Shown here: piece by piece, positions 1-9,939 of the stretch | How the letters are laid out: each line of letters begins with the position of its first letter | How positions within the stretch are numbered: position 1 is the first letter of the stretch | Source of the DNA: an uncultured Acidimicrobiales bacterium | GTDB lineage: Bacteria; Actinomycetota; Acidimicrobiia; Acidimicrobiales; UBA10347 | Length of the DNA: 26,862 nucleotides | Assembly: GCA_943788915.1 (NCBI GenBank) | Contig: CALSSD010000006.1 | Coordinates: 372,001-398,862 of the forward strand | Direction of reading: 5' to 3' | Notes under the pieces: model-generated | What the model saw: only the letters and a program-made list of their open reading frames with translations | Told to the model about the DNA's origin: nothing | Databases searched by the model: none | Translations under genes and position numbers: made by a program

Positions 1-590
1 AGTTTGGCCCACGCGGTGCCAAGTTCGACTCCGATGTATCCTCCGCCAATAATCGCCATCGATGCGGGCACCGATGTGAGTGCAAGTGCTCCGGTCGACG
101 ACATAATTCGTTCGCCGAGTGGAAACGCCTCGAGCATGATTGGACGTGATCCCGTTGCGATGATGGCGTTGTCGAACTCAAGATGGCTGACGTTGTCGTC
201 GTGAGCGATGCTGAGCCGGTCGTAGCGAGCAAAACTGGCTGTGCCGTATAGGACCTCGACCCCTGCGTCGCTCAGTAACGCAGCCACGCCACGGCGCAGC
301 TGCCCGCTCACCGCGGCGAGGTGTTGTGCGACAAGCTGCCCATCGACCGTGACCTTGGCCCGGAGCCCACGCTCTTGTGCCGCGAGTGCGTTGTGCCGCA
401 GGTTGGCGAGCTCAATGAGCGCCTTTGAAGGAATACACCCGACCGTAAGACAGGTGCCGCCAACGTGGGTCTTTTCGATCAGGGTCACGTCGAGGCCAGC
501 GTCGGCAGCTCGGAGCGCTGCGACGTATCCACCGGGCCCAGCGCCGATGATCGCAAGTTCGGTCCTGCTGCTAATGGCGCCCACGACCAT
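1..590 (-). CDS. lpdA: Dihydrolipoamide dehydrogenase (E3), runs off the window edge
   Basis: Not in the ORF track. Manual translation from ATG at 590: MVVGAISSRTELAIIGAGPGGYVAALRAA...GGTCLTVGCIPSKALI...IIATGSRP...AIIGGGYIGVELG. Has the FAD motif GxGxxG, redox CxxxxC and NAD motif; starts 3 bp after the E2 stop. Confidence 0.95.
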   Translation of the reverse strand, partial: MVVGAISSRTELAIIGAGPGGYVAALRAADAGLDVTLIEKTHVGGTCLTVGCIPSKALIELANLRHNALAAQERGLRAKVTVDGQLVAQHLAAVSGQLRRGVAALLSDAGVEVLYGTASFARYDRLSIAHDDNVSHLEFDNAIIATGSRPIMLEAFPLGERIMSSTGALALTSVPASMAIIGGGYIGVELGTAWAK

Positions 591-593
591 GAG

Positions 594-1892
594 TCAGAGC
601 ACCAGTTGTAACGGGTCGGCGAGCAAATCGCCGATGAGGGTGAGGACTCCTGTAGCGGTGTCACCATCGAGCTGGCGATGATCGGCTCCCACCACAGTGT
701 GCATGGTGGAGCGGGCCACGACCTGGCCATCGAGAACGAACGGCCGCTCGGCGATAGAGCCGAACCCGACGATCATGGATTCGGGTGGCCGAATAAGAGG
801 TGCAGCCTGCTCGCCACCCAGAGCGCCAAAGTTGGTGATCGTGACGGTGCCGCCACGGAAGTGTTCCCGGGACAGGACACCCTTGCGGGCGCCCCGCACC
901 AGCTCGGTCAGTGTCAGACTGAGTGTCGCGAAGTCAAGCCGATCAGCGGCCTGTAGGACAGGTACGACTAAACCGTGGGGAGACGCCACGGCGACGCCGA
1001 CGTTTATGTGCGAGTGATAGGTGATTGTTTCGTCGGTCATATTGAGCGACGCGTTGGCTTGGGGGTGAACGACGAGTGCCTTGGCCACAGCAGCGACAAA
1101 AAACGCCAGCGGTGTGAGCTGTCGATACTCAGGACGGCCGGTGGCTTTGAGCCGGCTGCGGAGATCCATCAACGCTGCTGCGTCGATGTGCGCAAAGGCG
1201 TGGATGTGGGGGACCTCGGACCACGACTGGGCCATGTTCTTGGCCACGGCGCGTCGCACTCCACGGAGAGAGATCACGCCGCCAGGCATTGAGCTCAGCG
1301 GTGTCGCTGGGTCCACAGGTATCGCTGGGTCTGCAGGTGTTGGTAGGGCCGGGGTCGAGATCATCGGTTGTACCAGCAATGCCTCCTGAGCCGCGTCAGG
1401 AGAAGCAGCAGATACCGCCTGCACTGCTGGCGCCGGCACAGATTCGGCCGGGGGAGGGCTGCCGGTGATTCGATAGGGGGTTTCTAGATCGCTGAGGAGG
1501 ATTCGCCCACCTGGACCACTTCCTGACACGCGTCGGAGATCGATTCCTTGTTCAGCGGCGTAGCGGCGTGTCGAGGGCGATGCCTTGATTCTCGGCATCG
1601 TTACCTCGGGTGCCGTTGGTGTGCCTTCTTCGTCGACAGCCGTTGTATCGGTGGTGTTACCATCGATTATTGCGATGAGTTCGCCGACCATGATGAGGTC
1701 TCCGACCGCGCCGCCGAGTTGCACGATGGTTCCTGCGGTGGGTGCAGGTAGCTCGGCATTTGACTTGTCGGTCATGACTTCGATCAGCGGTTGATCGCGA
1801 GTGACCTGGTCGCCTACGGCCACGAGCCAGCTGATGATTTCTGCTTCTTCGAGCCCTTCGCCGATATCGGCGAGCCTGAACTCGTGCCTCAT
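594..1892 (-). CDS. 2-oxoacid dehydrogenase E2 (dihydrolipoamide acyltransferase)
   Basis: Lipoyl domain (EVMTDKSNAELP), E3-binding domain (ASPSTRRYAAEQGIDL...GSGPGGRI), Pro/Ala linker and catalytic DHRQLDG motif. Confidence 0.95.
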   Translation of the reverse strand: MRHEFRLADIGEGLEEAEIISWLVAVGDQVTRDQPLIEVMTDKSNAELPAPTAGTIVQLGGAVGDLIMVGELIAIIDGNTTDTTAVDEEGTPTAPEVTMPRIKASPSTRRYAAEQGIDLRRVSGSGPGGRILLSDLETPYRITGSPPPAESVPAPAVQAVSAASPDAAQEALLVQPMISTPALPTPADPAIPVDPATPLSSMPGGVISLRGVRRAVAKNMAQSWSEVPHIHAFAHIDAAALMDLRSRLKATGRPEYRQLTPLAFFVAAVAKALVVHPQANASLNMTDETITYHSHINVGVAVASPHGLVVPVLQAADRLDFATLSLTLTELVRGARKGVLSREHFRGGTVTITNFGALGGEQAAPLIRPPESMIVGFGSIAERPFVLDGQVVARSTMHTVVGADHRQLDGDTATGVLTLIGDLLADPLQLVL

Positions 1893-2926
1893 GGTGCGGC
1901 GTTGATCAGTTTGTTCACGGCAGCCTCGATACGTCGGACATCAGGGACATAGGTGTCTTCGAGCATTCCGACGGGATACGGCGTGTCGAAACCAGATACT
2001 CGGATCGGCGGAGCTTCGAGCGAATAGAAGGCGTGCTCATTAATGGTGGCCATGATCTCCGCGGCGAAACCACCCGTGGGCACGGCTTCTTCGACAATCA
2101 CTACACGGCCGGTTCGTTCAACGGCAGCCACGATGCTGGCAATGTCGAGGGGGACGAGTGAGCGGAGATCGAGCACGCCTACCGAGATGCCTTGTTCCGC
2201 AAATTGGCGGGAGACCCGGACAGCAACTTCGACCTGATAACTCCAGGCAATGATGGTGACATCGTCGCCTGGGCTGGCCCATCGGGCCTTGCCGAAAGGA
2301 ACCCGGTGCTCACCCATGGGCACCGGACCTTTTATGCCCCGGTAACCCCGAAGTGGCTCCAGGAAAACAACTGGGTCAGGATCACGAATCGCCTCGGTTA
2401 AGAGACCCTTCGCATCAGCAGCCGTTGCTGGTGTCACGATCTTGAGGCCGGCAATGTTGGCCAGCTGACCCTCGAGCGAGTCGCTATGCAGTTCGGGCGT
2501 GCGAACGCCACCACCAAAGGGGGCTCGAATCGTGATACCCATCGAGAAGCGGCCCTGGGTGCGGTAGCGGAACCGAGCTATCTGTCCGGCGAGCTGGTGC
2601 ATGGCCTGATAAGAGAAACCGAGGAACTGGATCTCAGGCAATGGGATCATGCCGCCTGCGGCAAGGCCAGCCGCAGCGCCCAGAATAGCGGCCTCGGCTA
2701 GTGGCATATCGACAACACGTTCGCTGCCGAACTCGTCGAGGAGACCCTCGGTTGCGCGAAACACGCCGCCGCTGAGAGCAACGTCTTCACCGAAGACCAT
2801 TACTCGTTCATCGCGGTGCATCTCCGCCATCAGCGTCTGATTGATTGCACTCACCATGGTGAGTGTCTCTTCATTGCGCAGTGTCCCTGAAGCGGTCTGG
2901 GCCTCTGTTGCGGTCTGGTCACTCAT
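1889..2926 (-). CDS. 2-oxoacid dehydrogenase E1 beta subunit
   Basis: GEDVALSGGVFRAT, EIQFLGF, PELHSDS and DLRSLVPLD motifs. Start set at ATG 2926, which overlaps the E1 alpha stop (ATGA). Confidence 0.95.
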   Translation of the reverse strand: MSDQTATEAQTASGTLRNEETLTMVSAINQTLMAEMHRDERVMVFGEDVALSGGVFRATEGLLDEFGSERVVDMPLAEAAILGAAAGLAAGGMIPLPEIQFLGFSYQAMHQLAGQIARFRYRTQGRFSMGITIRAPFGGGVRTPELHSDSLEGQLANIAGLKIVTPATAADAKGLLTEAIRDPDPVVFLEPLRGYRGIKGPVPMGEHRVPFGKARWASPGDDVTIIAWSYQVEVAVRVSRQFAEQGISVGVLDLRSLVPLDIASIVAAVERTGRVVIVEEAVPTGGFAAEIMATINEHAFYSLEAPPIRVSGFDTPYPVGMLEDTYVPDVRRIEAAVNKLINAAP

Positions 2927-3927
2927 GGTGTGCCTCGCAAGTACTCGGTGAGCCCATTTCGTTGTTGTTGTTGACGCAATGTTGGGGTCGCGAAGACATG
3001 GTCGAACAGATCGGTCTGATGCAGCGGAAGGTTTGAAGCCCACGCCCATGCGTCGTCTATGGCACGTTCGCCAGCGCGCTCTGCATCGGTTTGCATGGCT
3101 TGGTCCCAGATGCCGCGGTCTTCGAGCTGACGTCGGAAAACGATGAGAGGGTCCCGCTCTTTAGCTGCGGCCAATTCATCGGCCGGCACATAACGAGTCG
3201 GATCATCGGCAGTTGTGTGGGCCCCGAGTCGGTAATTGACGGCCTCGATGAGGGTGGCGCCTTTGCCGGCCAATGCCCGATCTCGAGCTGCGCCGACGAC
3301 TTCGAAGACCGCGAGAGGATCGTTCCCATCAACGGTTACGCCTGGGATACCGAACGCTTCGGCCTTTGTGGCAAACCCGGCAGCGGCGGTCTGTCGGCTT
3401 GTCGGGGTGGAGATGGCCCACTGATTATTTGAGCACAGGAAGATCACGGGAACCTCGAGGACACCCGCCAGATTGCCAGCTTCGTAGAAGTCACCTTCGC
3501 TTGAGGATCCGTCGCCGAAGAAGGTGAGCGCGACACCAGGCTCCTTGCGCAGTTTCAGTGCCCATGCGAGGCCCACCGCGTGCAGGATCTGGGTAGCAAG
3601 CGAGATCTGTGGTGGGAAGACCCGAAGTGGTTCAGGGATATGGCCACCTTGAGGATGCCCGATGGCCCACGCCGCGAACCGGTGCAGAATCTCTGGGCCG
3701 TAACGGCCGAGACCCATGGGTTCGCGATATTGCGGCAACACCCAGTCATGGTCAGGGTCAAGCGCCCAACTTGCTCCGACAACGGTGGCTTCTTGGCCGT
3801 TGATGGGTGCAATCGTGCCGATGCGGCCTTGGCGTTGCAGGCTCCACAGTCGGTCACTGGCGATCCTGGCCTTGATCATCTCGCAGAGCATGCCCACGAG
3901 GTCTTCGTTGTGCAGAGTTGACGCCAC
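2923..3927 (-). CDS. 2-oxoacid dehydrogenase E1 alpha subunit (pyruvate or branched-chain type)
   Basis: LQRQGRIG, TPP motif GDGSSSEGDFYE...NNQWAIS, and YRLGAHTTADDP loop. GTG start lies 6 nt after a TAGGAT -10 box. Confidence 0.95.
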   Translation of the reverse strand: MASTLHNEDLVGMLCEMIKARIASDRLWSLQRQGRIGTIAPINGQEATVVGASWALDPDHDWVLPQYREPMGLGRYGPEILHRFAAWAIGHPQGGHIPEPLRVFPPQISLATQILHAVGLAWALKLRKEPGVALTFFGDGSSSEGDFYEAGNLAGVLEVPVIFLCSNNQWAISTPTSRQTAAAGFATKAEAFGIPGVTVDGNDPLAVFEVVGAARDRALAGKGATLIEAVNYRLGAHTTADDPTRYVPADELAAAKERDPLIVFRRQLEDRGIWDQAMQTDAERAGERAIDDAWAWASNLPLHQTDLFDHVFATPTLRQQQQRNGLTEYLRGTP

Positions 3928-3995
3928 GGGCTGATCCTAGTGCGATCGCGTTGATTGCTTAGGGTGTGGATGGCTGTAGCTACTACCGTCGTCGG

Positions 3996-4661
3996 GTGAC
4001 GACTCGACCTGTTCTGCCGTATGACGATCGTGGAGAGGGGCCAGCGCTCTTCTTCGTCCATGGATTCCTGAATGATGCGTCAGTGTGGACGGCGGTGATC
4101 GACGAGCTGGAGACAGACTTCCGGTGCATCGCTGTCGACCTACCAGGACACGGCCGCAGCCCAGGTAACGGAGCAGGAACCTACGGCCGCGATCTCGTGC
4201 TGGGAGACCTTCGTGCGGTCATGGACGAAACCGAGTGCGGTCCCGTTGTCATGGTTGGCCATTCCCTTGGTGGCTATTTGTCGTTGGCGATGGCGATCGA
4301 AGATCCTCATCGGGTCACCGGACTGGGCCTGGTGGGTGCGGGACCTGGCTTCCGGAACCCGGACTCACGCGAGCAGTGGAACGATTCTGTGCGGACATTG
4401 GCAGCAGAACGCGACTTACCCGAGGGGATGGAAGTGATCTCGATGCATGTCGATGCCATGGTGATGGATCGGATGTCTGAAATTCAGGTGCCAGCTACCG
4501 TGATAGTGGGCGAACGAGACAAACGTTTCATGGCGTCGGCCGACGTCTTCGAGAAGTACCTCAATGTCTCCGGTCGCACGGTGGTCCCCGATGCCGGACA
4601 CATGGTGCATGTCAAGGGAGCGCCTGGTGTTGCGGCAGCGCTGAGAGCAAGTTTTGGCTAA
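3996..4661 (+). CDS. Alpha/beta fold hydrolase
   Basis: FVHGF, DLPGHGRS, nucleophile elbow GHSLGG, GERD acid and AGHMVH His. GTG 3996 lies 6 nt after TACCGT. Confidence 0.9.
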   Translation: MTTRPVLPYDDRGEGPALFFVHGFLNDASVWTAVIDELETDFRCIAVDLPGHGRSPGNGAGTYGRDLVLGDLRAVMDETECGPVVMVGHSLGGYLSLAMAIEDPHRVTGLGLVGAGPGFRNPDSREQWNDSVRTLAAERDLPEGMEVISMHVDAMVMDRMSEIQVPATVIVGERDKRFMASADVFEKYLNVSGRTVVPDAGHMVHVKGAPGVAAALRASFG

Positions 4662-4688
4662 TGCTGCCGGTGCGTGCGTGGCAGTGTG

Positions 4689-5654
4689 TTAGCGGCTGAT
4701 CGAAGCTGACCCAGCGGCGAAGTCCTCTGGGGTCAACAGATTGACGTCATCATGGCTCAACGGCCGCGTACCAGAAGAGAGCCGCACCGCCTGATGGGAT
4801 ACTGCAGCCTCGAAGAGTCGGCGAGCAAACCGCGCGTTGCCAAAGCTCTCGGTGCGCAGAGCCGTCTGAAACTCGGTGACGAGTTGCTCGGTCGCTCCCG
4901 GTGCGAGCCGGTAATGAGCATCGGTGACCATCTTGTTGGCGATGGCCACAAGCTCAGGCGCGCTGTAGTCGGGGAAAGTGATTTCGCGCGCGAACCGTGA
5001 TCGCAACCCGGGGTTGGACTCCAAGAAATGTTCCATGAGTTTTGGATATCCAGCGGCGATGACTACCAGATTGTCGCGGTGGTCTTCCATGCGTTTGACG
5101 AGCGTCTCGATTGCTTCGCTGCCGAAGTCGCCGGTGCGAGGACCCATCGGCGTGAGAGCATATGCCTCGTCGATAAACAGCACCCCGCCGAGTGCCTTAC
5201 GCACGGCCCGACTGGTTTTGGTGGCGGTGTGACCGACGTATTGGCCTACGAGTCCGGCTCGGTCGACCTCGACCAGATGGCCGACCTGGAGCAAACCCAT
5301 AGCCCCATACAACTCGGCGAGGAGTCGAGCGACGGTTGTTTTACCGGTTCCCGGATTTCCCAGGAACACCAGATGGTGAGTCAACGTGATGTTGTCGAAC
5401 CCCTGTGCTTGACGTTCCTTCTGGACTTCGAGGAAGGCAAGGTGGGTGTCGACCTGCCGTTTGACATCTGCGAGCCCAATAAGTGAGTGCAGCTCATCCT
5501 TGATGGTCGCCAGCGGCCGGGGTGGTTTCGGGGGCGCTGGCAGCAGAGGGGCGAGGCGTTTCTCGACGCCGAGTCGCTCGGCGGCATCGCGCGCGAGTTT
5601 GCCACCGTCGATAGCAGCTTTCCGGAGGCGTTCTCGTGGACCCACAGCGGACAA
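4689..5654 (-). CDS. AAA+ ATPase, CbxX/CfxQ/SpoVK-like
   Basis: LIGLADVK, Walker [19 protein letters not shown], Walker [17 protein letters not shown] and FGNARFAR. Start uncertain (5654 or 5645). Confidence 0.9.
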   Translation of the reverse strand: MSAVGPRERLRKAAIDGGKLARDAAERLGVEKRLAPLLPAPPKPPRPLATIKDELHSLIGLADVKRQVDTHLAFLEVQKERQAQGFDNITLTHHLVFLGNPGTGKTTVARLLAELYGAMGLLQVGHLVEVDRAGLVGQYVGHTATKTSRAVRKALGGVLFIDEAYALTPMGPRTGDFGSEAIETLVKRMEDHRDNLVVIAAGYPKLMEHFLESNPGLRSRFAREITFPDYSAPELVAIANKMVTDAHYRLAPGATEQLVTEFQTALRTESFGNARFARRLFEAAVSHQAVRLSSGTRPLSHDDVNLLTPEDFAAGSASISR

Positions 5655-5721
5655 CCGTATCGAGACTGTTGCCGACCGACGCTTACGACCTAGCTTCTAC
5701 ACAAGCAACAGGAGGAATCGA

Positions 5722-6486
5722 ATGAGTTCAACAGGTGTGGCCGTGGTAACTGGCGCAAGCCGAGGCCTCGGGGCGGCGATCGCTGATCGACTCGCGTCCC
5801 AAGGTTATGCGGTGGGATGTTTGGCGACGAGTGCCGAGAGCGCGGCCGGAACGGCTGCGTCATGTGCATCCATGCACGACGTGCAAACGGTGGCGTTGGG
5901 CGCACACGTGGAAGACCGCGAACAGTTGTCTGCGGCTCTGGAAAAGGTCGAGGCCGATCTCGGGCCTATCAGTTTGATGGTTAACAATGCCGGTATTGCC
6001 CACGTGGCGCCGTTCGAGGAACTTGACCCGGCTGACTTCCGGCAGATGGTCGACGTCAACCTCATGGGGGTCTTTCACGGCTCACAGCTCGCAGCACAGC
6101 GAATGATTGCTTCGCAGACCCATGGGTCGATCGTGCAGCTTGGATCGATTGCTGGGATCAACGGATTTCCGAACCGCGTCGGTTATTGCGGGACAAAATC
6201 AGCGGTTCACCATATGACCAAGGTCATGGCCGTTGATCTGGCGCGCCACAAGATTCGGGTAAATACAGTCGCTCCTGGTTACATCCGTACCGACATGGTG
6301 CAGGACCTGATCGATGATGGCACGCTCGACGAGTCTCGCCTCACCGGTCGCATTCCAAATGGTGACCTCGGTACCCCCGCACACATCGCGTCGTGTGTGT
6401 CGTGGCTCGCTTCGGACGAGGCGTCGTACATCACCGGCGAGACCATCGCCGTCGATGGGGGATGGATTGCCTATGGACACATCTAG
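5722..6486 (+). CDS. SDR family NAD(P)-dependent oxidoreductase
   Basis: TGASRGLG, NNAG, YxxxK (YCGTK) and VDGG motifs. SD AGGAGG at 5710-5715 precedes ATG 5722. Confidence 0.93.
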   Translation: MSSTGVAVVTGASRGLGAAIADRLASQGYAVGCLATSAESAAGTAASCASMHDVQTVALGAHVEDREQLSAALEKVEADLGPISLMVNNAGIAHVAPFEELDPADFRQMVDVNLMGVFHGSQLAAQRMIASQTHGSIVQLGSIAGINGFPNRVGYCGTKSAVHHMTKVMAVDLARHKIRVNTVAPGYIRTDMVQDLIDDGTLDESRLTGRIPNGDLGTPAHIASCVSWLASDEASYITGETIAVDGGWIAYGHI

Positions 6487-6825
6487 GAAATAACACCGTT
6501 GGATCGCTACTCAGTTGTTGGTGGAGCGTGCCGCTGAACTGCATAGCTCGCCACGACTCCGCCTCTGTTTGAGATGTCGTGGCGGTGGTCGTGCTCCTTG
6601 CGGCCATCGTGGGCACAGCGCTACCGACGGCTAACACACGAGAAGCCTTTACCCAACGGACGCCGACGTCTTCGAGATGTGGGTTATCGCAATCGGTTCT
6701 CGCCGGGCACCTTCGTGCTCGGTTACAAGTTGTCGCCGACCGACGTTCGCGAGGTGATGACGGTCGCCGATGCATTCGGCGCAACCGAGTTACCCACGGT
6801 CCGTATTACCGAATGAACGACGCTC

Positions 6826-7962
6826 CTAACGGAGTCGCCCTGGCGCTAGGGCGGACGTGTCGAGGCCAGTTTCGGCAAAGTGAGCGCTCGGTGTGCCGGT
6901 GGTTGTTAGATCAGCGACAAGCCGGCCAGCTCCTGGTGATGTCTGGATACCCGTGCCGCCCTGCCCGACACACCAGATGAAGTTGGGCTGATCAGGATCA
7001 GGACCAATCACCATGGCCCGATCGGGAGCGAACGTACGTAGGCCCGCCCAGTGAGATGCCACCGACCGGATGCCAAGTCGGGTGTGCACGTTCAGCTTGT
7101 CGATCGTTCTCGCGATATCGACTTCGTCGGCTCGGGCATCGCATGGCTCACTTGGTGTTTCGTCGGCTGGGCTACACAAGAACTGGGAACCATCGGGCCC
7201 CAGGTACCACGCGTGCTGGACGTCGGCGACAAACGGAAAACTCGCTGACTCGGCGAACGGGCTCGGCACCATGAAGGCTGTCCGTTTGAGCGGTTGTAGC
7301 CCCACCGGAGCAATGCCGGCCGCAACAGCAACGACGTCGCCCCACGCTCCGGCGGCGTTGACGACGATGTCGGCCTGCAGGTCTCCGGTAGTTGTTTCGA
7401 CGAGCCAGCCGTGGTGTGAAGGCCGGGCAGCATCGACTCGACGAGACGTGTGAATTTCACCACCCGCTTGCTTCAGGCCCCGGACATAGGCCTGGTGTAC
7501 CCCGGCTACGTCGATGCTGTGGGCGCAGTGTTCCCACATCACTCGGTGCTCAGGACCAAAGACGATGTGGGGCGAGATCTCGGCCGCCTGATCTAGCGGC
7601 AGTTCCACGACTGGGTTGGCAATGTGTGCTCCGTCGGCGAGCTGCTCGTCGAGCAGGTCGTAGTCGGCGGTTCTGGTGGCGATGGTCATGATGCCGCGCG
7701 GTTCAATCACCGGGTGATCGACAAGATCGGCAGGAGGCGAGTGGAAGAAGTCGAGGCTTGCGGTGGTTAGCGGCCGAACTGGTCCGGCGCCGTAGTTCTC
7801 AATAAGGAGTGCGGCCGAGCGCCCGGTGGTGTGGTGAGCGAGTTGTGCCTCGGCTTCGAGCAGCGATACTCGGTCGAACCGGCCAGATGCGGCGAGGTAA
7901 TACGCCGAGCTAGCACCCGCGATGCCTCCGCCGATAACAACGATGTGACCAAGACTTTGCAT
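6826..7962 (-). CDS. FAD-dependent oxidoreductase, DAO/glycine oxidase family
   Basis: VIGGGIAG, HTTGRSAA, VNAAGAWGD, WAGLRTFAPD and GQGGTGIQTSPG motifs; 9 bp downstream of the methyltransferase stop. Confidence 0.92.
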   Translation of the reverse strand: MQSLGHIVVIGGGIAGASSAYYLAASGRFDRVSLLEAEAQLAHHTTGRSAALLIENYGAGPVRPLTTASLDFFHSPPADLVDHPVIEPRGIMTIATRTADYDLLDEQLADGAHIANPVVELPLDQAAEISPHIVFGPEHRVMWEHCAHSIDVAGVHQAYVRGLKQAGGEIHTSRRVDAARPSHHGWLVETTTGDLQADIVVNAAGAWGDVVAVAAGIAPVGLQPLKRTAFMVPSPFAESASFPFVADVQHAWYLGPDGSQFLCSPADETPSEPCDARADEVDIARTIDKLNVHTRLGIRSVASHWAGLRTFAPDRAMVIGPDPDQPNFIWCVGQGGTGIQTSPGAGRLVADLTTTGTPSAHFAETGLDTSALAPGRLR

Positions 7963-7971
7963 CGGAGATTC

Positions 7972-8949
7972 TTAGGACCGGCGCCGGCGACGGCGAGCGG
8001 GAGCGCTTCGTTCAGTGGGCGGGGGTGGGTTATGCGAGATGGGAGCCTCGATCATCGGTGGTTCGATCGCGCCATCGATCACGCCTCGCATATAGGCAAG
8101 GTGGTGGGTGGCCGTGCCGCAGCACCCGCCAATGATCTCGATCCCGGCGTCGACCATACGTTTGAGGTGTGCACCCATAACTTCTGGGCTGCCGGTGTAG
8201 TGGAGTTTGTCGCCCTTGAACTCGGGAATACCCGCATTCGCCTTGACGATGATCGGTGTCGAAGGGGCGCCCTGTTTGAGCTGCAAGACAGCAGCTTCGC
8301 TGTCCGCGATGTTGTTTCCGCAATTTGCACCGATTGCAGCTAGACCGAGGTTGTCTAACCGGACAGCGGCATCGTGACCGGAGACGCCCATCATGGTGTG
8401 ACCGGCGGTGTCGAAGCTCATCGTGGCCGCAATCGGCAAATCGCAGGCCGACCGTGCGCCTACGACCGCTGCTTCGACTTCTTCGAGGCTCGACATGGTT
8501 TCGATCCACAGCAGGTCGGCTCCACCTGCAGCAAGCCCACGTGCCTGTTCTGCAAAGGCAGCTGCGGCGCTTTGGGGGGTCATGGTGCCCATTGGTTCGA
8601 GCAATTCACCGCTAGGTCCCATCGAACCAGCGACCACGATGGGACGGTCGGATGAATCGGCGGCAGCTCGGCCGCATTGCGCAGCCGCTTTGTTGATCTC
8701 GAATACGCGGTCTTGGAGCTTGTGCAGCTTGAGACGAAACGCTGTGCCACCAAACGAATTTGTCAGAATGATGTCGGAGCCAGCCTTGATGTATCCCTTG
8801 TGGACGTCGATGATGTCGTCGGGGCTGTCGAGGTTCCACATCTCGGGCGGATCGCCAGCGGTCAGCCCTCGAGCGAATAACTCGGTCCCCATCGCGCCAT
8901 CGACGAGCAACGGAATGTGTTCAGCGAGACGTTCGGAAAGCGAGACCAT
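7972..8949 (-). CDS. Stand-alone homocysteine S-methyltransferase (betaine-homocysteine methyltransferase-like, MetH N-terminal module)
   Basis: DGAMGTEL, AGSDIILTNSFG, Zn ligands GANCG and GGCCGT, KANAGIP, and an Arg-rich C-terminus. Start trimmed to ATG 8949. Confidence 0.9.
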   Translation of the reverse strand: MVSLSERLAEHIPLLVDGAMGTELFARGLTAGDPPEMWNLDSPDDIIDVHKGYIKAGSDIILTNSFGGTAFRLKLHKLQDRVFEINKAAAQCGRAAADSSDRPIVVAGSMGPSGELLEPMGTMTPQSAAAAFAEQARGLAAGGADLLWIETMSSLEEVEAAVVGARSACDLPIAATMSFDTAGHTMMGVSGHDAAVRLDNLGLAAIGANCGNNIADSEAAVLQLKQGAPSTPIIVKANAGIPEFKGDKLHYTGSPEVMGAHLKRMVDAGIEIIGGCCGTATHHLAYMRGVIDGAIEPPMIEAPISHNPPPPTERSAPARRRRRRS

Positions 8950-9040
8950 CGAAACAGTTTGCCCGATATCGGACCCGTTGGGGCGCTCCTGGCATCCGAG
9001 GTTTCGGTTTGAAGCACTCGGACCATCTACGATTCTACCC

Positions 9041-9898
9041 ATGGTTGAATTTGGCGTTTCAATGTTTCCTACCGACAAGGCAATCGATCCGATGTCGGTC
9101 GCTATCGAGGCCGAGAATCGCGGCTTTGAGTCGCTCTGGTTCCCGGAGCACAGCCATATTCCGACAAGTCGAGCGACCCCCTGGGGTGGGCGTGAAGGTG
9201 CTCCGCCGCTGCCCGAAGAATACTGGCGCACCCATGAGCAGTTCGTGGCGCTCGGCATGGCTGGAGCGGTCACCAAAAAGATCAAGCTGGCTACAGGCAT
9301 CACGCTGGTCGCCCAGCGCGACCCAATCTGGCTTGCGAAACAGGTGGCTACGGTCGACGCACTTACCGGCGGCCGACTGCTGTTCGGTATTGGGTATGGC
9401 TGGAACAAGGAAGAACTGGCGCACCATGGCGTGGGCTACACCGAACGGCGTGCGGTGCTGCGTGAACGCATCCTGGCCATGAAAGAACTCTGGGCCAATG
9501 ACGAAGCCGAATTTCACGGTGATCATGTGGACTTCAGCAAAAGTTGGTCGTGGCCCAAGCCTGCCCAGACGCCGCACCCGCCAATCATCCTCGGCGGTTC
9601 AGCCGGTCCAAAGACGATGGCTGACATCATCGAGTTCTGCGACGGTTTCATGCCGATCACCGGCAAATATGACTTTGCACAGCAGATCACCACACTCAAG
9701 CAGATGGCAACAGACGCAGGACGTGATCCAGAGTCATTCGAGTTTGGCCAGTTCGCGACGCCGGCCAAAGCCGAAGTCGTCGATTCGCTCATCGAAGCTG
9801 GCATTCATCGAATCGTGTTTGCTCTGCCGCCGGCCGACGCTGACACGGTGCTGCCAATCATGGACAAGTACCAGGAGTTCGCAGCGCAATACAGCTAG
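9041..9898 (+). CDS. LLM-class F420-dependent oxidoreductase (Rv2161c-like)
   Basis: GFESLWFPEHSHIP, LAKQVATVD, GRLLFGIGYGWNKEE and PKPAQTPHPPIILGG motifs. ATG 9041 lies 7 nt after TACGAT. Confidence 0.92.
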   Translation: MVEFGVSMFPTDKAIDPMSVAIEAENRGFESLWFPEHSHIPTSRATPWGGREGAPPLPEEYWRTHEQFVALGMAGAVTKKIKLATGITLVAQRDPIWLAKQVATVDALTGGRLLFGIGYGWNKEELAHHGVGYTERRAVLRERILAMKELWANDEAEFHGDHVDFSKSWSWPKPAQTPHPPIILGGSAGPKTMADIIEFCDGFMPITGKYDFAQQITTLKQMATDAGRDPESFEFGQFATPAKAEVVDSLIEAGIHRIVFALPPADADTVLPIMDKYQEFAAQYS

Positions 9899-9939
9899 GC
9901 GATCGCTGAGAGTCTCCCCGCGAGCCCTATCCTTACGGC

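Noticed and set aside
1290..1470. Pro/Ala-rich quasi-repeat in E2 (PADPAIPVDPATP)
   Set aside because: Ordinary flexible E2 interdomain linker.
5446..5721. 92-aa N-terminal extension of the SDR
   Set aside because: Mostly antisense to the AAA ATPase; a strong SD supports ATG 5722.
7972..9898. Long mutually overlapping ORFs 7972-9408(-) and 8408-9898(+)
   Set aside because: The N-terminal extensions are stop-free antisense shadows of the opposite gene. Family motifs begin at 8949 and 9041, each with its own -10 box.
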